Positions 19,790 through 30,320 are shown, counted from the stretch's first letter. The stretch: 64,000 bases of DNA from an uncultured Candidatus Actinomarinales bacterium (GCA_963979435.1 CAXBVE010000002.1:11138-75137); one strand, 5' to 3'. Translations and numbers: made by a program. The notes: a model not told the origin generated them from the sequence alone.

Positions 19790-21346
19790 GTGAAAACCCC
19801 AAAAGCACTCATAATCACCAACTTCATTATTCTTATTACCTTCTTGCTACCTACATTTTATTTAGTCTGGAGATTTCTAACTTTTACTAGATCTTATGTA
19901 AGTTTTTTTAGATCTTGGAATGTCTTTGACTTACTTTTAAATACAATGCTTTTATTTATTTTTGTTGTTATTTCAAGTTTAATTTTAGGTCTATCGATAT
20001 CAATAATCCTTGTTCGCTTTAATATACCTGGTTCCAAAATTTTATTTACCCTATCTGTGCTTCCTTTGGTTATCCCTTCCTATATTGGAGCATTAACTTA
20101 TGTTTCAGCTTTTTCTCCTAAAGGTCTATTCGTACAATTATTTTCCTGGCTTGGAATAAATGAAATAGCCGGAATTGATGGTTTTTTTGGTAGTTGGTTA
20201 GTTTTGACTTTATTTACATATCCTTATGTCGTATTAATTTGTAGTAGCGCACTTCGAAATCTTGATTCTACTGTTGAAGATGCTGCACGATCGTTGGGTA
20301 AAAACAGATTTAATGTTTACACACAAGTTGTAATACCAAGATTAAAAAAACCAATTATTTTCTCTGGTCTCCTAGTTGGCTTGTATGTGATATCTGATTT
20401 CGGTGCAGTTTCATTGATGAGATACCCAACTCTTACAAAGGCTATTTATAGTTATTATGAATTTAATATAAACGGCGATCCAGTTATTTTTTACTCAAGC
20501 ATCTTGATAGTTTTGGCACTGCTAATAAGTTTTATTCAAAGAGGATCGGAAGAGGCAAGATCAGCTAAAGTCAGTGGAACTCCAAAAATATCTGAAAAAA
20601 CTAATCTAAGCCCAAGGTCTAAAGTACTAATTTATACCTTTTTGAGTTTAATTATTTTTTCAGGACTCGTTCTGCCGATATCAGTCTTAAGCTATTGGCT
20701 CATTAGAGGACTCTCAGCGGGGAATAGTGTTAGAGCTGTATTTGGAGGAGTTGTTGGATCCCTAAGTGTATCTCTGTTGGCAGCACTTTTTTCTGTAGTT
20801 GTGTCGACACCTATTATTATTATGGTCTCGCAATATCGATCAAAATTTGGAAATATTTTAGAGAGAATCATGCTCGCACTTTATGGCTTACCTCATATAT
20901 CTGTTGGTGTTGCAATCTTATTTATTACAATTAAAATCTTTCCAGCGATATATCAAAGTTTTACAGCTTTAATTATCTCGTATTTAATAGTTTTTCTTCC
21001 TCAAGCAATTGGAGCAGGCCAGGCGTCTATGGAGCAGGTAAAATCAAGTTACTTAGATGCAAGTGCTGGATTGGGCTTGTCAAAGTTAAAAAGTTTTTAC
21101 AGAATTACTCTTCCATTAATATATAGAGGCTTGTTTGCAGGTGGATCACTCGTCTTCTTATCAACAATGAAAGAATTACCACAAACGTTACTACTTAGGC
21201 CTACCGGTCTAAATACTATGGCTATTGATATATGGTCATATGCATCTGAAGGATTATTTACTCAAGCAGCATTTTCTTCATTTATTTTGTTGGCAATAAG
21301 TGCAATTCCTACTTATATATTAAGTACAAGGAATTTAACAACATAA
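19790..21346 (+). CDS. Fe3+ ABC transporter permease (FbpB-like, duplicated transmembrane domain)
   Basis: 518 aa with two BPD-transporter-like halves; GTG start; downstream of the iron-binding protein. Confidence 0.8.
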   Translation: MKTPKALIITNFIILITFLLPTFYLVWRFLTFTRSYVSFFRSWNVFDLLLNTMLLFIFVVISSLILGLSISIILVRFNIPGSKILFTLSVLPLVIPSYIGALTYVSAFSPKGLFVQLFSWLGINEIAGIDGFFGSWLVLTLFTYPYVVLICSSALRNLDSTVEDAARSLGKNRFNVYTQVVIPRLKKPIIFSGLLVGLYVISDFGAVSLMRYPTLTKAIYSYYEFNINGDPVIFYSSILIVLALLISFIQRGSEEARSAKVSGTPKISEKTNLSPRSKVLIYTFLSLIIFSGLVLPISVLSYWLIRGLSAGNSVRAVFGGVVGSLSVSLLAALFSVVVSTPIIIMVSQYRSKFGNILERIMLALYGLPHISVGVAILFITIKIFPAIYQSFTALIISYLIVFLPQAIGAGQASMEQVKSSYLDASAGLGLSKLKSFYRITLPLIYRGLFAGGSLVFLSTMKELPQTLLLRPTGLNTMAIDIWSYASEGLFTQAAFSSFILLAISAIPTYILSTRNLTT

Positions 21347-22371
21347 TGGTATTTAACAGTCTTATTCTGAGAGCTAGAAACCTATCTAAGTCATATGGGG
21401 CTGAATCTGTTCTTTCCAATTTCAATATTGATATATGGGAGGGTTCAATTTTCGGAATACTAGGTACTTCTGGATCTGGAAAAACTACCGCTTTAAGAAT
21501 GCTCGCAGGGTTTGAATTACCAGATTCAGGAAGCATCGAAATGTATAACAAAGTAATTTTTGATCAGGAAACAAACACACCACCTGAAAACAGAAACATA
21601 GGAATGGTTTTTCAAGACTATGCATTATTCCCACACCTAAACGTTGAAAAAAATATAGCTTTTGGTCTCAGCAAAGAAGAGCAAAACAGTGGGCGATTGC
21701 AAGAAGTAATAGATATGTGTAACTTGACACAATATAAAAATAAATTTCCTCAAAAACTATCAGGAGGACAACAACAAAGAGTGGCTTTAGCTAGAGCACT
21801 TGCACCAAAACCAGAGATGATTCTCCTCGATGAACCTTTTACAAGTTTAGATGCCCAAATGGCGAGAGTCCTTAGAGATGAGGTCGTGTCTCTTTTAAGA
21901 GAGACTCAAACTACTGCAATAATTGTTACACATGATCAAGAGGAAGCCTTATCGGTATGCGATATCGTCAGTGTTTTGGAAAATGGAAATGTTATACAAA
22001 GTGCAACTCCTCAAGAGATTTACTTGAATCCAATCAGTCAATCTGTAGCAAATTCAGTTGGGGATCCAAATATTCTTAAGGGATTTTCAGTAGATGGAAG
22101 AGTAGAAACTTCCCTTGGAAGTTTCACCTCAGCATATGAGGGTGCTCTAGATGTATCAATACGTCCGGAGTGTATCGAAATCAACTTAGACTCAATGGGT
22201 CCTTATACCGTTAAAGAGTGCACTTTTTATGGACATGATCAAGTTATCTCTTTTCAGAACAACAAAGGCGAGATATTCCGGTCAAGATCTCTTCCGTCTG
22301 TTATTTATGAACCAGGGGATAAGATTTGTATTGAAGTTTCGGAAGTAACTACTTTTCCTTCAAATAAGTAG
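21346..22371 (+). CDS. Fe3+ ABC transporter ATP-binding protein (FbpC-like)
   Basis: Walker A GTSGSGKTT, signature LSGGQQQRV, Walker B ILLDEPFTSLD, C-terminal TOBE-like domain. Confidence 0.9.
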   Translation: MVFNSLILRARNLSKSYGAESVLSNFNIDIWEGSIFGILGTSGSGKTTALRMLAGFELPDSGSIEMYNKVIFDQETNTPPENRNIGMVFQDYALFPHLNVEKNIAFGLSKEEQNSGRLQEVIDMCNLTQYKNKFPQKLSGGQQQRVALARALAPKPEMILLDEPFTSLDAQMARVLRDEVVSLLRETQTTAIIVTHDQEEALSVCDIVSVLENGNVIQSATPQEIYLNPISQSVANSVGDPNILKGFSVDGRVETSLGSFTSAYEGALDVSIRPECIEINLDSMGPYTVKECTFYGHDQVISFQNNKGEIFRSRSLPSVIYEPGDKICIEVSEVTTFPSNK

Positions 22372-22554
22372 TTTAATCTTAGATACTTTTCCTGCTATTG
22401 CTTGAAGTGCTATTTCAGTTTCAGAAAGATAATTTGTAGCTCTTTTAAAGTTATTCTCTGCAATAAGCTCTCTTGAATTTGCTAGTGACTTTACTAAAGT
22501 GTTTAATTCGCGAATTAAGTTATCTAATTCATTATTAATTTCATTAATATCCAT
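22360..22554 (-). CDS. Hypothetical 64-aa coiled-coil protein (uncertain)
   Basis: Amphipathic heptad-like sequence; the ORF overlaps the fbpC stop convergently and has a weak ribosome-binding site. Confidence 0.25.
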   Translation of the reverse strand: MDINEINNELDNLIRELNTLVKSLANSRELIAENNFKRATNYLSETEIALQAIAGKVSKIKLLI

Positions 22555-22602
22555 ACCTGTAATAATAGGGTTTATAGTATTTAAAAAAAAAGGTAATAAA
22601 TA

Positions 22603-23406
22603 ATGGAAGCAAAAATTCAGAAGCTTAAGAAATTTAATTTAAGGATGGGATTAGTACACCTTATCCAAGGAGCAGGTTTATTTTATTTGGGAACCGTAGT
22701 AAATACAGGTTTCACAGTACCTTTAACAATTACTCAACTTATTGGAGTTGGAACTCCTGAAGATCCATCAAGCTTCGCTTTAGTTCCCGAACTACAGATC
22801 TGGAGAGAGGTATCAAACTTCGGACCTGCAGTTGCAACATTTTTGTTGGCGTCAGCACTCGCACATTTTCTTATATCGGGCCCTTTCTATAACAGGTATA
22901 AAGCAGATTTAATGAAAGGTATTAATAAAGTCCGCTGGATTGAGTACTCCATTAGTGCTTCAGTAATGATTGTGTTGATTGCTTTACTTGTAGGAATTTA
23001 TGATGTTTGGGCACTAGCTGGAATTTTTGTCATGAATGCTGCAATGTGTTGGTTTGGTTGGATGATGGAAGTACACAATCAATATACTGAAAAAGTTGAT
23101 TGGACTGCTTATATCATGGGTTGTTTAGCTGGTATTGCACCGTGGATTTTTATTTTTATTAATTTAATAGGTGATGGAGTTGCTACAGATGCAAACCCTC
23201 AAGGGGTTCCCCAGTTCGTAGTTTGGATATTTGTTAGTATATTTTTCTTTTTTAATACCTTTTCAATAAATATGATTCTTCAATATAAAGGTGTAGGAAA
23301 GTGGAAAGATTATTTATACGGTGAAAGAGCCTATATATGGTTAAGTTTACTTGCTAAAACTTGTCTAGCTTGGCAAGTATTTGCTGGAACATATCAGCCA
23401 AACTAA
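22603..23406 (+). CDS. Heliorhodopsin
   Basis: 267 aa, 7-TM; …NKVRWIEYSISASVMIVLIAL… and …GERAYIWLSLLAKTCLAWQVFAGT… closely match, from memory, the heliorhodopsin 48C12 segments containing the counterion Glu and the retinal-binding Lys. Confidence 0.85.
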   Translation: MEAKIQKLKKFNLRMGLVHLIQGAGLFYLGTVVNTGFTVPLTITQLIGVGTPEDPSSFALVPELQIWREVSNFGPAVATFLLASALAHFLISGPFYNRYKADLMKGINKVRWIEYSISASVMIVLIALLVGIYDVWALAGIFVMNAAMCWFGWMMEVHNQYTEKVDWTAYIMGCLAGIAPWIFIFINLIGDGVATDANPQGVPQFVVWIFVSIFFFFNTFSINMILQYKGVGKWKDYLYGERAYIWLSLLAKTCLAWQVFAGTYQPN

Positions 23407-23484
23407 TTGAGGATTATTTAATCTTTCTTCCAAAGAAGATTACTAAAAGGATTATTAAGAAAAGCCCAACGTAGGAAAAGGCCA

Positions 23485-24258
23485 TTAATCTCTTTTTCTC
23501 AGTTTTTTAATTAACAAGAATATTAAGAAAATTGGGAAAGCAATTATCCCGATTGAAAAAGTAATTCCAACGATGCTCTCAATCCAATTAAGGCTTCTCT
23601 CAAAATAATAATTCCAGGAAAATAATGAAATTCCAGAACCTTCCCTGATGTTTAATGTGAGTTTTGAGTAAGAAATGGCATTTGTGTAGTATTCTTTTTG
23701 ACCCTTAAGCATCTCGATATCCTGATTGATATAACGAAGTTGATTTTGAACCTCTAAGCGGTCAGATGTTGTTTTCGCTTCAAGTTTGATCTCCTCAAGT
23801 GCTTTCTTTTCATTCATCAATGAAGATAATCTTGAGTCAATATCTAAAACATAAGTTGTAACATCGTTTGCATTGATGCTGATATCTGAAAAGTCTTTAA
23901 TATTTTCAACGTCGATTATAAATTGATCGAAATCTTCGGCAGGTATGTTTGAGGTGATACTAAAACTCTTTAAGCCTTGGTAATTAGTAGATAAATATGA
24001 GTCAGAAACATTGCCATTGTATTGAGTAACAAGACTTTTGAATTCATCCACTTTCTTGTCAAAATTAGAGGTGCTAACATCCATACTTCCATAGGCAGAT
24101 TTGATGATGTACTCTCCTGGAGATAATGAACTACTTTCTATTGAGTCAGATGCCATCTTATAGGACTCAATGGCTATCTCAGCAAAACCCTCTTCTGTTA
24201 CGTTTGTCTGGCATGCACTAAGGATTACTAACATAAATAATGTTTTTAAAAATTTCAT
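23485..24258 (-). CDS. Hypothetical lipoprotein with central coiled-coil and C-terminal TM anchor (DUF4349-like architecture)
   Basis: Signal peptide with lipobox ILSAC, predicted coiled-coil around residues 150-200, C-terminal hydrophobic helix and KKLRKRD tail. Confidence 0.5.
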   Translation of the reverse strand: MKFLKTLFMLVILSACQTNVTEEGFAEIAIESYKMASDSIESSSLSPGEYIIKSAYGSMDVSTSNFDKKVDEFKSLVTQYNGNVSDSYLSTNYQGLKSFSITSNIPAEDFDQFIIDVENIKDFSDISINANDVTTYVLDIDSRLSSLMNEKKALEEIKLEAKTTSDRLEVQNQLRYINQDIEMLKGQKEYYTNAISYSKLTLNIREGSGISLFSWNYYFERSLNWIESIVGITFSIGIIAFPIFLIFLLIKKLRKRD

Positions 24259-24274
24259 TTGTACAGTCTAACCA

Positions 24275-25369
24275 TTAAAAGTTTGTAATTTCTATAACAG
24301 GAACCCGCATTTCTTCTAGTGTAATTCCTCCATGGTATCCAACCAAGTCGGCCTTTAAATGTTTTGGAAAAACAATGTATCCATCATCTACAAGGAAACA
24401 GTGGTCAGGATAAAGCCTTCGGTTTAGACTATTTGTAGGTTCTCCAATTAAGTGTCTTATTTCTACACTATTAAGAAAACGTCCAGGGACATTCTTAAAT
24501 ATTTCTTTAACTTTCGTTTCATCACCATTGATATAAACACTTCTCTGATCTCCATAGACAACAACATCCTCCTCATAATCTAGATGAATCCTATTCTCAT
24601 TAGAGATGTTTGTGAGACCATGATCTGCTGTTATCAAGGTGTACATTTTTTTGGATTGAGTACTGTTTAAATTCTTTATAAACATTTCAAAAATACCAAC
24701 CTCCTCATGCCACTCATCACTACCTACTCCAAAAACATGAGCTGAGATATCAATATTCGGATAGTAAATAAAATTAAAGCGATTATCTAATACTGAAGAA
24801 TCATTAACTATTTCATTTAACTCTTCTGTGTCTCTGTATGCAATCTGATGGGAGTCTTTATAGATGTATTCAGACAATGCACTATCTACTAAGTCGCGAG
24901 GCTGTAGGTTATTAGAGGTAATACCTTTTGTTCTTAAAAGAGTCCATATGGTTTGTCGGTCTTTAATATCTGGATGTTTTAATAAAGATTTGTTTTCTTT
25001 GTTCCAGTTTAAGGCATTAATAAGTCCGTGCTTTTCTCTATCGAAGAGATAATAACCTAAAATTGATGTCTCCATTGGCCTAGATACATAATTAATAGTG
25101 CTTAAAGCAACATTAGTTGAGCTAGGAAAAGTTGAATTTACAGAAAAAGAATTTGAATCCTTTAAATAATCGGACTTAGCAAGTTTTAAGTTTTCACTTC
25201 CAAGGCCATCGGCTAAAACAAAATTTATGGTTTCTGCTTCAAGAATTTTAGAATCAAGATTTATTTCATGTTCTTCGTGAAAATCAACTGTCTTTGTAAC
25301 TACATTAAACAGTTTTTTTGATAGGTCGAGTAAGTTACTTTTTCCTAAAATATTTTCAAGATTGCTCAT
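24275..25369 (-). CDS. Alkaline-phosphatase-superfamily metalloenzyme (type I phosphodiesterase/nucleotide pyrophosphatase-like)
   Basis: N-terminal metal-ligand motif FVLADGLG, nucleophile region STFPSSTNVA, distal ITADHG motif. Confidence 0.6.
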   Translation of the reverse strand: MSNLENILGKSNLLDLSKKLFNVVTKTVDFHEEHEINLDSKILEAETINFVLADGLGSENLKLAKSDYLKDSNSFSVNSTFPSSTNVALSTINYVSRPMETSILGYYLFDREKHGLINALNWNKENKSLLKHPDIKDRQTIWTLLRTKGITSNNLQPRDLVDSALSEYIYKDSHQIAYRDTEELNEIVNDSSVLDNRFNFIYYPNIDISAHVFGVGSDEWHEEVGIFEMFIKNLNSTQSKKMYTLITADHGLTNISNENRIHLDYEEDVVVYGDQRSVYINGDETKVKEIFKNVPGRFLNSVEIRHLIGEPTNSLNRRLYPDHCFLVDDGYIVFPKHLKADLVGYHGGITLEEMRVPVIEITNF

Positions 25370-25445
25370 AAAAAAAGTTTACAAACAATTACGCTCAACT
25401 TTCAAATAAAACTAAAATTTCCTACAGGTTGGTTAAAATCAAATT

Positions 25446-25811
25446 ATGAATTCTTATTTTCAGGAGTACGCAACAGTAGCAGTATTGTTAGCAGTGGGCA
25501 TTATATTTATGCTTATTTTGACATCTATTGCAGCTATCCTCAGACCCAATAATCCCTCTCCTGAAAAACTTACAACCTACGAGTCAGGTGTTGACCCTGT
25601 TGGGACTGGTTGGAGTCAGACTTATATCCGATACTATATTTTTGGCCTATTGTTCGTAATTTTTGATGTTGAAGCAGTATTCATATTCCCATGGGCAATT
25701 AATCTTGAGAAGTTAGGTTATTTCGGTTTAGTGGAAATGCTAGTTTTTATTTTTATTTTGTTAATCGGATTAATTTATGCAATTAGAAAGGATGTATTGA
25801 AATGGGAGTAG
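25446..25811 (+). CDS. nuoA: NADH-quinone oxidoreductase subunit A (second set)
   Basis: 121-aa 3-TM protein at the head of the second nuo operon. Confidence 0.85.
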   Translation: MNSYFQEYATVAVLLAVGIIFMLILTSIAAILRPNNPSPEKLTTYESGVDPVGTGWSQTYIRYYIFGLLFVIFDVEAVFIFPWAINLEKLGYFGLVEMLVFIFILLIGLIYAIRKDVLKWE

Positions 25812-26299
25812 TTGATAAATTCGGATTACCAAAACCAATATCGTCAGTTTTAAACTGGGCTAGGTCATACTCTTTGTGGTATTTCCAATTTGGATTAGCT
25901 TGCTGTGCAATAGAAGTTATGGCAGTAAGTGGACCCAGACATGATTTTATGAGACTTGGAATTATCCCACTACCAGCATCACCAAGACAAGCTGATTTAA
26001 TGGTTGTCGCTGGAACAGTCACTGACAAAATGGCGCCAGCAGTAAAAAGATTATATGATCAAATGCCAGAGCCAAAATATGTCATATCTATGGGTTCCTG
26101 TTCAAATAGCGGTGGTCCATATTGGGATTCATACTCTGTTACAAAAGGTGTAGATCAACTTATCCCTGTTGACGTATACGTACCAGGATGCCCTCCAAGA
26201 CCTGAAGCTTTACAAGAGGGAATTATTCTCCTACAAGAAAAAATAAGAGGAGAAGATATGAAAGAAAAATGGAAAGCAGATCAAAATGAACCTGTCTAG
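25802..26299 (+). CDS. nuoB: NADH-quinone oxidoreductase subunit B (second set)
   Basis: [13 protein letters not shown] and PGCPP motifs carrying the N2-cluster cysteines. Confidence 0.92.
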   Translation: MGVVDKFGLPKPISSVLNWARSYSLWYFQFGLACCAIEVMAVSGPRHDFMRLGIIPLPASPRQADLMVVAGTVTDKMAPAVKRLYDQMPEPKYVISMGSCSNSGGPYWDSYSVTKGVDQLIPVDVYVPGCPPRPEALQEGIILLQEKIRGEDMKEKWKADQNEPV

Positions 26300-26837
26300 T
26301 AATGCAGAGTTTATTGAGTCAATATCTACAAAATTTTCTAGTGTAGAAAATGAATTTGATACCCTAAAAATAAAAGTAAAACCAGAAGAATGGGTTGAGA
26401 CTGCAAAAATTCTTAAAGAAGAATTTCAACTTACTTACTTTTCATGGCTAAGCGCTATTGATTGGGAAAATGAAGTTTCAGTAGGAGACCCCCCGAAAGA
26501 ATCAGTGTCACCACATTTTGAAATAGTTTTTTGTTTATCAGAGTCAATTGAAGGAAATGTTGTTTTAGTATCTACTGAAATAGAAAAGGAAGATGCAATA
26601 ATTCCATCCTTAATTGAGGTTTTTGCAGGTTCCAATTGGCACGAACGAGAAGCATACGAAATGTTTGGTATCGAGTTCAATAATCATCCAAACCTAACAA
26701 AAATGTATCTTCCAGATGACTACGAGGGAAATCCAATGCTCAAATCATTTGAGTTAATCAGTAGAGAAGTTAAGCCATGGCCTGGTGAAGTAGATGTTGA
26801 AGGCATGCCAGAAAACGGTTCAAAGGAAGGTAACTAA
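26286..26837 (+). CDS. nuoC: NADH-quinone oxidoreductase subunit C (second set, not fused to D)
   Basis: …[21 protein letters not shown]… conserved NuoC C-terminal region. Confidence 0.9.
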   Translation: MNLSSNAEFIESISTKFSSVENEFDTLKIKVKPEEWVETAKILKEEFQLTYFSWLSAIDWENEVSVGDPPKESVSPHFEIVFCLSESIEGNVVLVSTEIEKEDAIIPSLIEVFAGSNWHEREAYEMFGIEFNNHPNLTKMYLPDDYEGNPMLKSFELISREVKPWPGEVDVEGMPENGSKEGN

Positions 26838-26838
26838 A

Positions 26839-28035
26839 ATGGATGATATTTTAAATACCGGAAATGTTCCTTATGTTTCAGAAGCTTCGGTCTCCGTTGA
26901 AATAGAAACTGAAGATATGACTTTAAACATTGGCCCACAACATCCCTCAACACATGGTGTATTAAGACTAGTTGCCAAAGTAGACGGAGAAAAAATTTCA
27001 AGTGTCGAGCCTGTTCTAGGTTACATGCACAGAGGCTATGAAAAATTAGCTGAGGTCAGAACATATCCTCAAATTACAACACTTGTTAATAGAATTGATT
27101 GGGTATCAGGTTTTGCTAACGAGATACCTTTCATTGCGGCAACTGAAAAGCTAATGGAGATAGAAGCACCTGAAAGAGCAAAGCACATCAGGTTGATTCT
27201 CACAGAGATGGCAAGAATTGCTTCTCATTTTGTATTCAATGGAGCTTACGCATTAGAGATTGGGGCGTTAACTCCTATATTTTTAGCAATGGAGGATAGA
27301 GAAAGAATACTTGATTTAATAGAATCAGTAACAGGTGGTAGGTTTCATCCAAATTTTAATAGAATAGGTGGCGTAAAACCAGCAGCAGGGTCAGGCCCCA
27401 CAACCAAAAAAAATGTACAAGATCTACCAGCAGGTTTCTATCAAGAAACTAGAGACGCAATGGAAAAGGTTCTAGAAGCTGTAGAGAGAATGGAAGATTT
27501 AGTTGGTGGCAACGAAGTCTTTAAGGCTAGGACCAAAGGAGTTGGGATAATATCCAAAGAACTTGCTGAAGAATATGGAGTCTCTGGACCGATATTGAGA
27601 GCATCTGGAGTAAAGTTTGATTTAAGGACTCAAACCGATTTCTTACCGTATGACAAATTTGAATACGAGATTCCTGTTGGAGAAAATGGAGATTGTTATG
27701 ATCGTTGGTATGTTCGACTACTAGAGATGAGAGAGTCAGCGAAAATTATACTTCAAGCTATTGACTCCATGCCAAGTGGACCCCTACAGACAAAAGTTCC
27801 AAAGGTTATAAAAGTACCTAAGGGACGATCTTATGTACGGACAGAAAATCCAAAAGGTGAAATGGGATACTATGTAATTTCTGAGGGTGGTCTGGGTCCA
27901 TACCGACTAAAAATTAGAACACCGTCCTTTAGTAATATTTCAATCCTCCCAGTACTGCTTGAAGGTCAATTGTTACCTGATCTGATTGCAATCATGGGTA
28001 GTCTAGATTTTGTTTTAGGGGATGTTGATAGATGA
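26839..28035 (+). CDS. nuoD: NADH-quinone oxidoreductase subunit D (second set)
   Basis: Start moved to the ATG one nt after the nuoC2 stop (AAGGAAGG Shine-Dalgarno); LNIGPQHPSTHGVLRL and …LDFVLGDVDR. Confidence 0.92.
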   Translation: MDDILNTGNVPYVSEASVSVEIETEDMTLNIGPQHPSTHGVLRLVAKVDGEKISSVEPVLGYMHRGYEKLAEVRTYPQITTLVNRIDWVSGFANEIPFIAATEKLMEIEAPERAKHIRLILTEMARIASHFVFNGAYALEIGALTPIFLAMEDRERILDLIESVTGGRFHPNFNRIGGVKPAAGSGPTTKKNVQDLPAGFYQETRDAMEKVLEAVERMEDLVGGNEVFKARTKGVGIISKELAEEYGVSGPILRASGVKFDLRTQTDFLPYDKFEYEIPVGENGDCYDRWYVRLLEMRESAKIILQAIDSMPSGPLQTKVPKVIKVPKGRSYVRTENPKGEMGYYVISEGGLGPYRLKIRTPSFSNISILPVLLEGQLLPDLIAIMGSLDFVLGDVDR

Positions 28036-29012
28036 TTGATGGATCTCAGATATTAGTAACTGCAGGTATCGTTTTAGCTTTTGCACTAAACGGAGCAGTA
28101 ATATTTACAATTCTCGATGTTAAAGGAGCATCATGGATGCAAAGAAGACCGGGCCCCCTTCATGTTGGATTAAGAGGATTCATTTTTCCACTAGCTGAAA
28201 TAATTAAATTTTTCCAAAAAGAAGACATCACACCGACTAATGTTGACGCTCCTGTCTTTAAATGGGCACCAGCTTATGTACTTGCATCAGTCTTCGGTTT
28301 ATTCGTTGTTGTACCAATCAGCCCAACTTTAGTTGGGAGTGATTTAGATTTAGGAGTCTTCTATTTGCTAGCGATAAGTTCGCTATCAACACTAGGGGTT
28401 CTTACTGCAGGTTGGTCCTCAGCAAACAAGTACTCTTTAATGGGTGGAATACGTGCTGCAGGACAGTTAATTGCATATGAACTTCCATTAATTCTTGCAG
28501 TAGTTGGAGTTGTCATCCAGGCAGAAACCATGTCACTTGTTGGGATAGTTGAGAAACAAATAGAATTTGGACTTCCATTTGCACTTTCTGGCCAAGGTCT
28601 TGCCTTCCTAATTTTTATGATAGCTGCAACAGCTGAAATGATGAGAGTACCATTCGATATGCCAATTGGTGAGTCCGAACTTGTTAGTGGATTTTTAACA
28701 GAATATTCTGGCGTAAGATTTTTAATATTTTATATTGCTGAATACATGAACATGTTTGTATTATGTGCAGTTGCTTCCACATTATTTCTAGGTGGATATC
28801 ATGTCCCACTTCTCCCACCTGAATGGGTCAACTTTTATGGACCAGTTGTCTTAATTACTAAAACAGTTTTGCTGGGCTTCATATTAGTTTTAGTGAGATG
28901 GTCATTTCCTAGATTCAGAGAAGATCAGCTACAAAACTTAGCATGGAAGGTTTTAATTCCGCTTTCTTTACTCAACATATTGATAACATCCATAATGAAA
29001 GTTGTATTTTAA
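28032..29012 (+). CDS. nuoH: NADH-quinone oxidoreductase subunit H (second set)
   Basis: ND1-like; follows nuoD2 directly with no nuoEFG in between. Confidence 0.92.
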   Translation: MIDGSQILVTAGIVLAFALNGAVIFTILDVKGASWMQRRPGPLHVGLRGFIFPLAEIIKFFQKEDITPTNVDAPVFKWAPAYVLASVFGLFVVVPISPTLVGSDLDLGVFYLLAISSLSTLGVLTAGWSSANKYSLMGGIRAAGQLIAYELPLILAVVGVVIQAETMSLVGIVEKQIEFGLPFALSGQGLAFLIFMIAATAEMMRVPFDMPIGESELVSGFLTEYSGVRFLIFYIAEYMNMFVLCAVASTLFLGGYHVPLLPPEWVNFYGPVVLITKTVLLGFILVLVRWSFPRFREDQLQNLAWKVLIPLSLLNILITSIMKVVF

Positions 29013-29498
29013 ATGAAAAAATTTAGACCTAAATTACCTGGCTTTTTGACTGGAATGAAAATTCTTTTATTTAATATGTTCAAGACATTATCTCCACTAA
29101 GTCCAAATCCAAATGTTAATTACCCATTTGAAAAAGAAATTGTTGCACCCAGAGCAAGGGGAGTCATAGCACTTGATACAGATGCTTGCACTAGCTGCAT
29201 GCTTTGTGCGAGACAATGCCCAGATTGGTGTATTTACATAGAAGGACATAAAGAATTACAACCCCCTGCAAAACCTGGTGGTAGGGAACGCAGTAGAGCA
29301 GTTCTTGACAGGTTCGATATTGACTATGCTCTCTGCATGTATTGCGGAATTTGTGTTGAGGTATGTCCTTTTGATGCATTGTTTTGGACACCAGAGTACG
29401 AATATTCAGAATACAATATGGGGGATATGCTTCATGATAAAAATAGACTCGATCAATGGCTAAACACAGTTCCTGAAGTGGAAGGTTTAGAGAGTTAA
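29013..29498 (+). CDS. nuoI: NADH-quinone oxidoreductase subunit I (second set)
   Basis: CTSCMLCARQCP and CMYCGICVEVCP ferredoxin motifs. Confidence 0.92.
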   Translation: MKKFRPKLPGFLTGMKILLFNMFKTLSPLSPNPNVNYPFEKEIVAPRARGVIALDTDACTSCMLCARQCPDWCIYIEGHKELQPPAKPGGRERSRAVLDRFDIDYALCMYCGICVEVCPFDALFWTPEYEYSEYNMGDMLHDKNRLDQWLNTVPEVEGLES

Positions 29499-29499
29499 A

Positions 29500-30018
29500 A
29501 TGGAAGCACTGGACATCATCAGTTATTTTTTACTTTTAGGACTTTTATTAGTTTCTGTAAAAGTTGTCACAACTTCAAACGTTATTCATGCAGCAATATC
29601 TTTAGTTTTCACATTAGCTATAACAGCTGCAACTTTTTTACTACTGTCCGCGGAATTTGTTGCACTGGTGATAGTTCTTGTATACATAGGTGCTGTAATA
29701 GTTCTTTTCTTATTTGGAATAATGATCACTAGAGCGCCATTAGGTCAAAATGCGGAACTAGATAATGATAAGAACAAAAGTTTAGCATTAGTTGTCTCTC
29801 TATCAATTTTTGTAATTTTTTCATATGTGATGTTTAACACATTCGATTCGCAAATTATTGTTACAACCGGAACCTCAACAGAATTACTGGGTGAGATTTT
29901 ATTAAGCAGGTTTGTATTTCCTTTTGAAGTAGTCTCTTTCGTTTTACTAGCCGCTTTAATTGGTGGAATCACCTTGGCAAGGCAAGATAATGCCTTAGTT
30001 GACGAGAATCAAATATGA
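29500..30018 (+). CDS. nuoJ: NADH-quinone oxidoreductase subunit J (second set)
   Basis: Operon position; ND6-like hydrophobic protein. Confidence 0.85.
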   Translation: MEALDIISYFLLLGLLLVSVKVVTTSNVIHAAISLVFTLAITAATFLLLSAEFVALVIVLVYIGAVIVLFLFGIMITRAPLGQNAELDNDKNKSLALVVSLSIFVIFSYVMFNTFDSQIIVTTGTSTELLGEILLSRFVFPFEVVSFVLLAALIGGITLARQDNALVDENQI

Positions 30019-30320
30019 GTGCTCAGCCTTTTTTAATTGCAGCAGCAGGATTATTTTCAATTGGGATTTATGGAATTTTAGTTAGAAGGAATGTTGTTAT
30101 GGTGTTGTTGTCTATCGAGTTAATCCTCAATGCTGTGAATATAAACTTTGTAGTCTTCAATGCAATGTTAGGAGATGCATTATTACAGGGTCAAATTTTT
30201 ACTATTTTCATTATCACCATAGCCGCTGCTGAAGTAGGGATTGGTTTGGCGATTGTTTTAATGTTGTTTAGAAATAGAAAAACTGCAAATATTGATGAAT
30301 TTGATTTGTTGAAATGGTAA
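30015..30320 (+). CDS. nuoK: NADH-quinone oxidoreductase subunit K (second set)
   Basis: ND4L-like 101 aa. Confidence 0.88.
   Translation: MSAQPFLIAAAGLFSIGIYGILVRRNVVMVLLSIELILNAVNINFVVFNAMLGDALLQGQIFTIFIITIAAAEVGIGLAIVLMLFRNRKTANIDEFDLLKW

Noticed and set aside
22360-22554. 64-aa coiled-coil ORF as a regulator of heliorhodopsin
   Set aside because: Kept only as a low-confidence feature. It overlaps the fbpC stop, has a weak ribosome-binding site, and has compositional features compatible with a chance ORF in AT-rich DNA; it needs conservation evidence.
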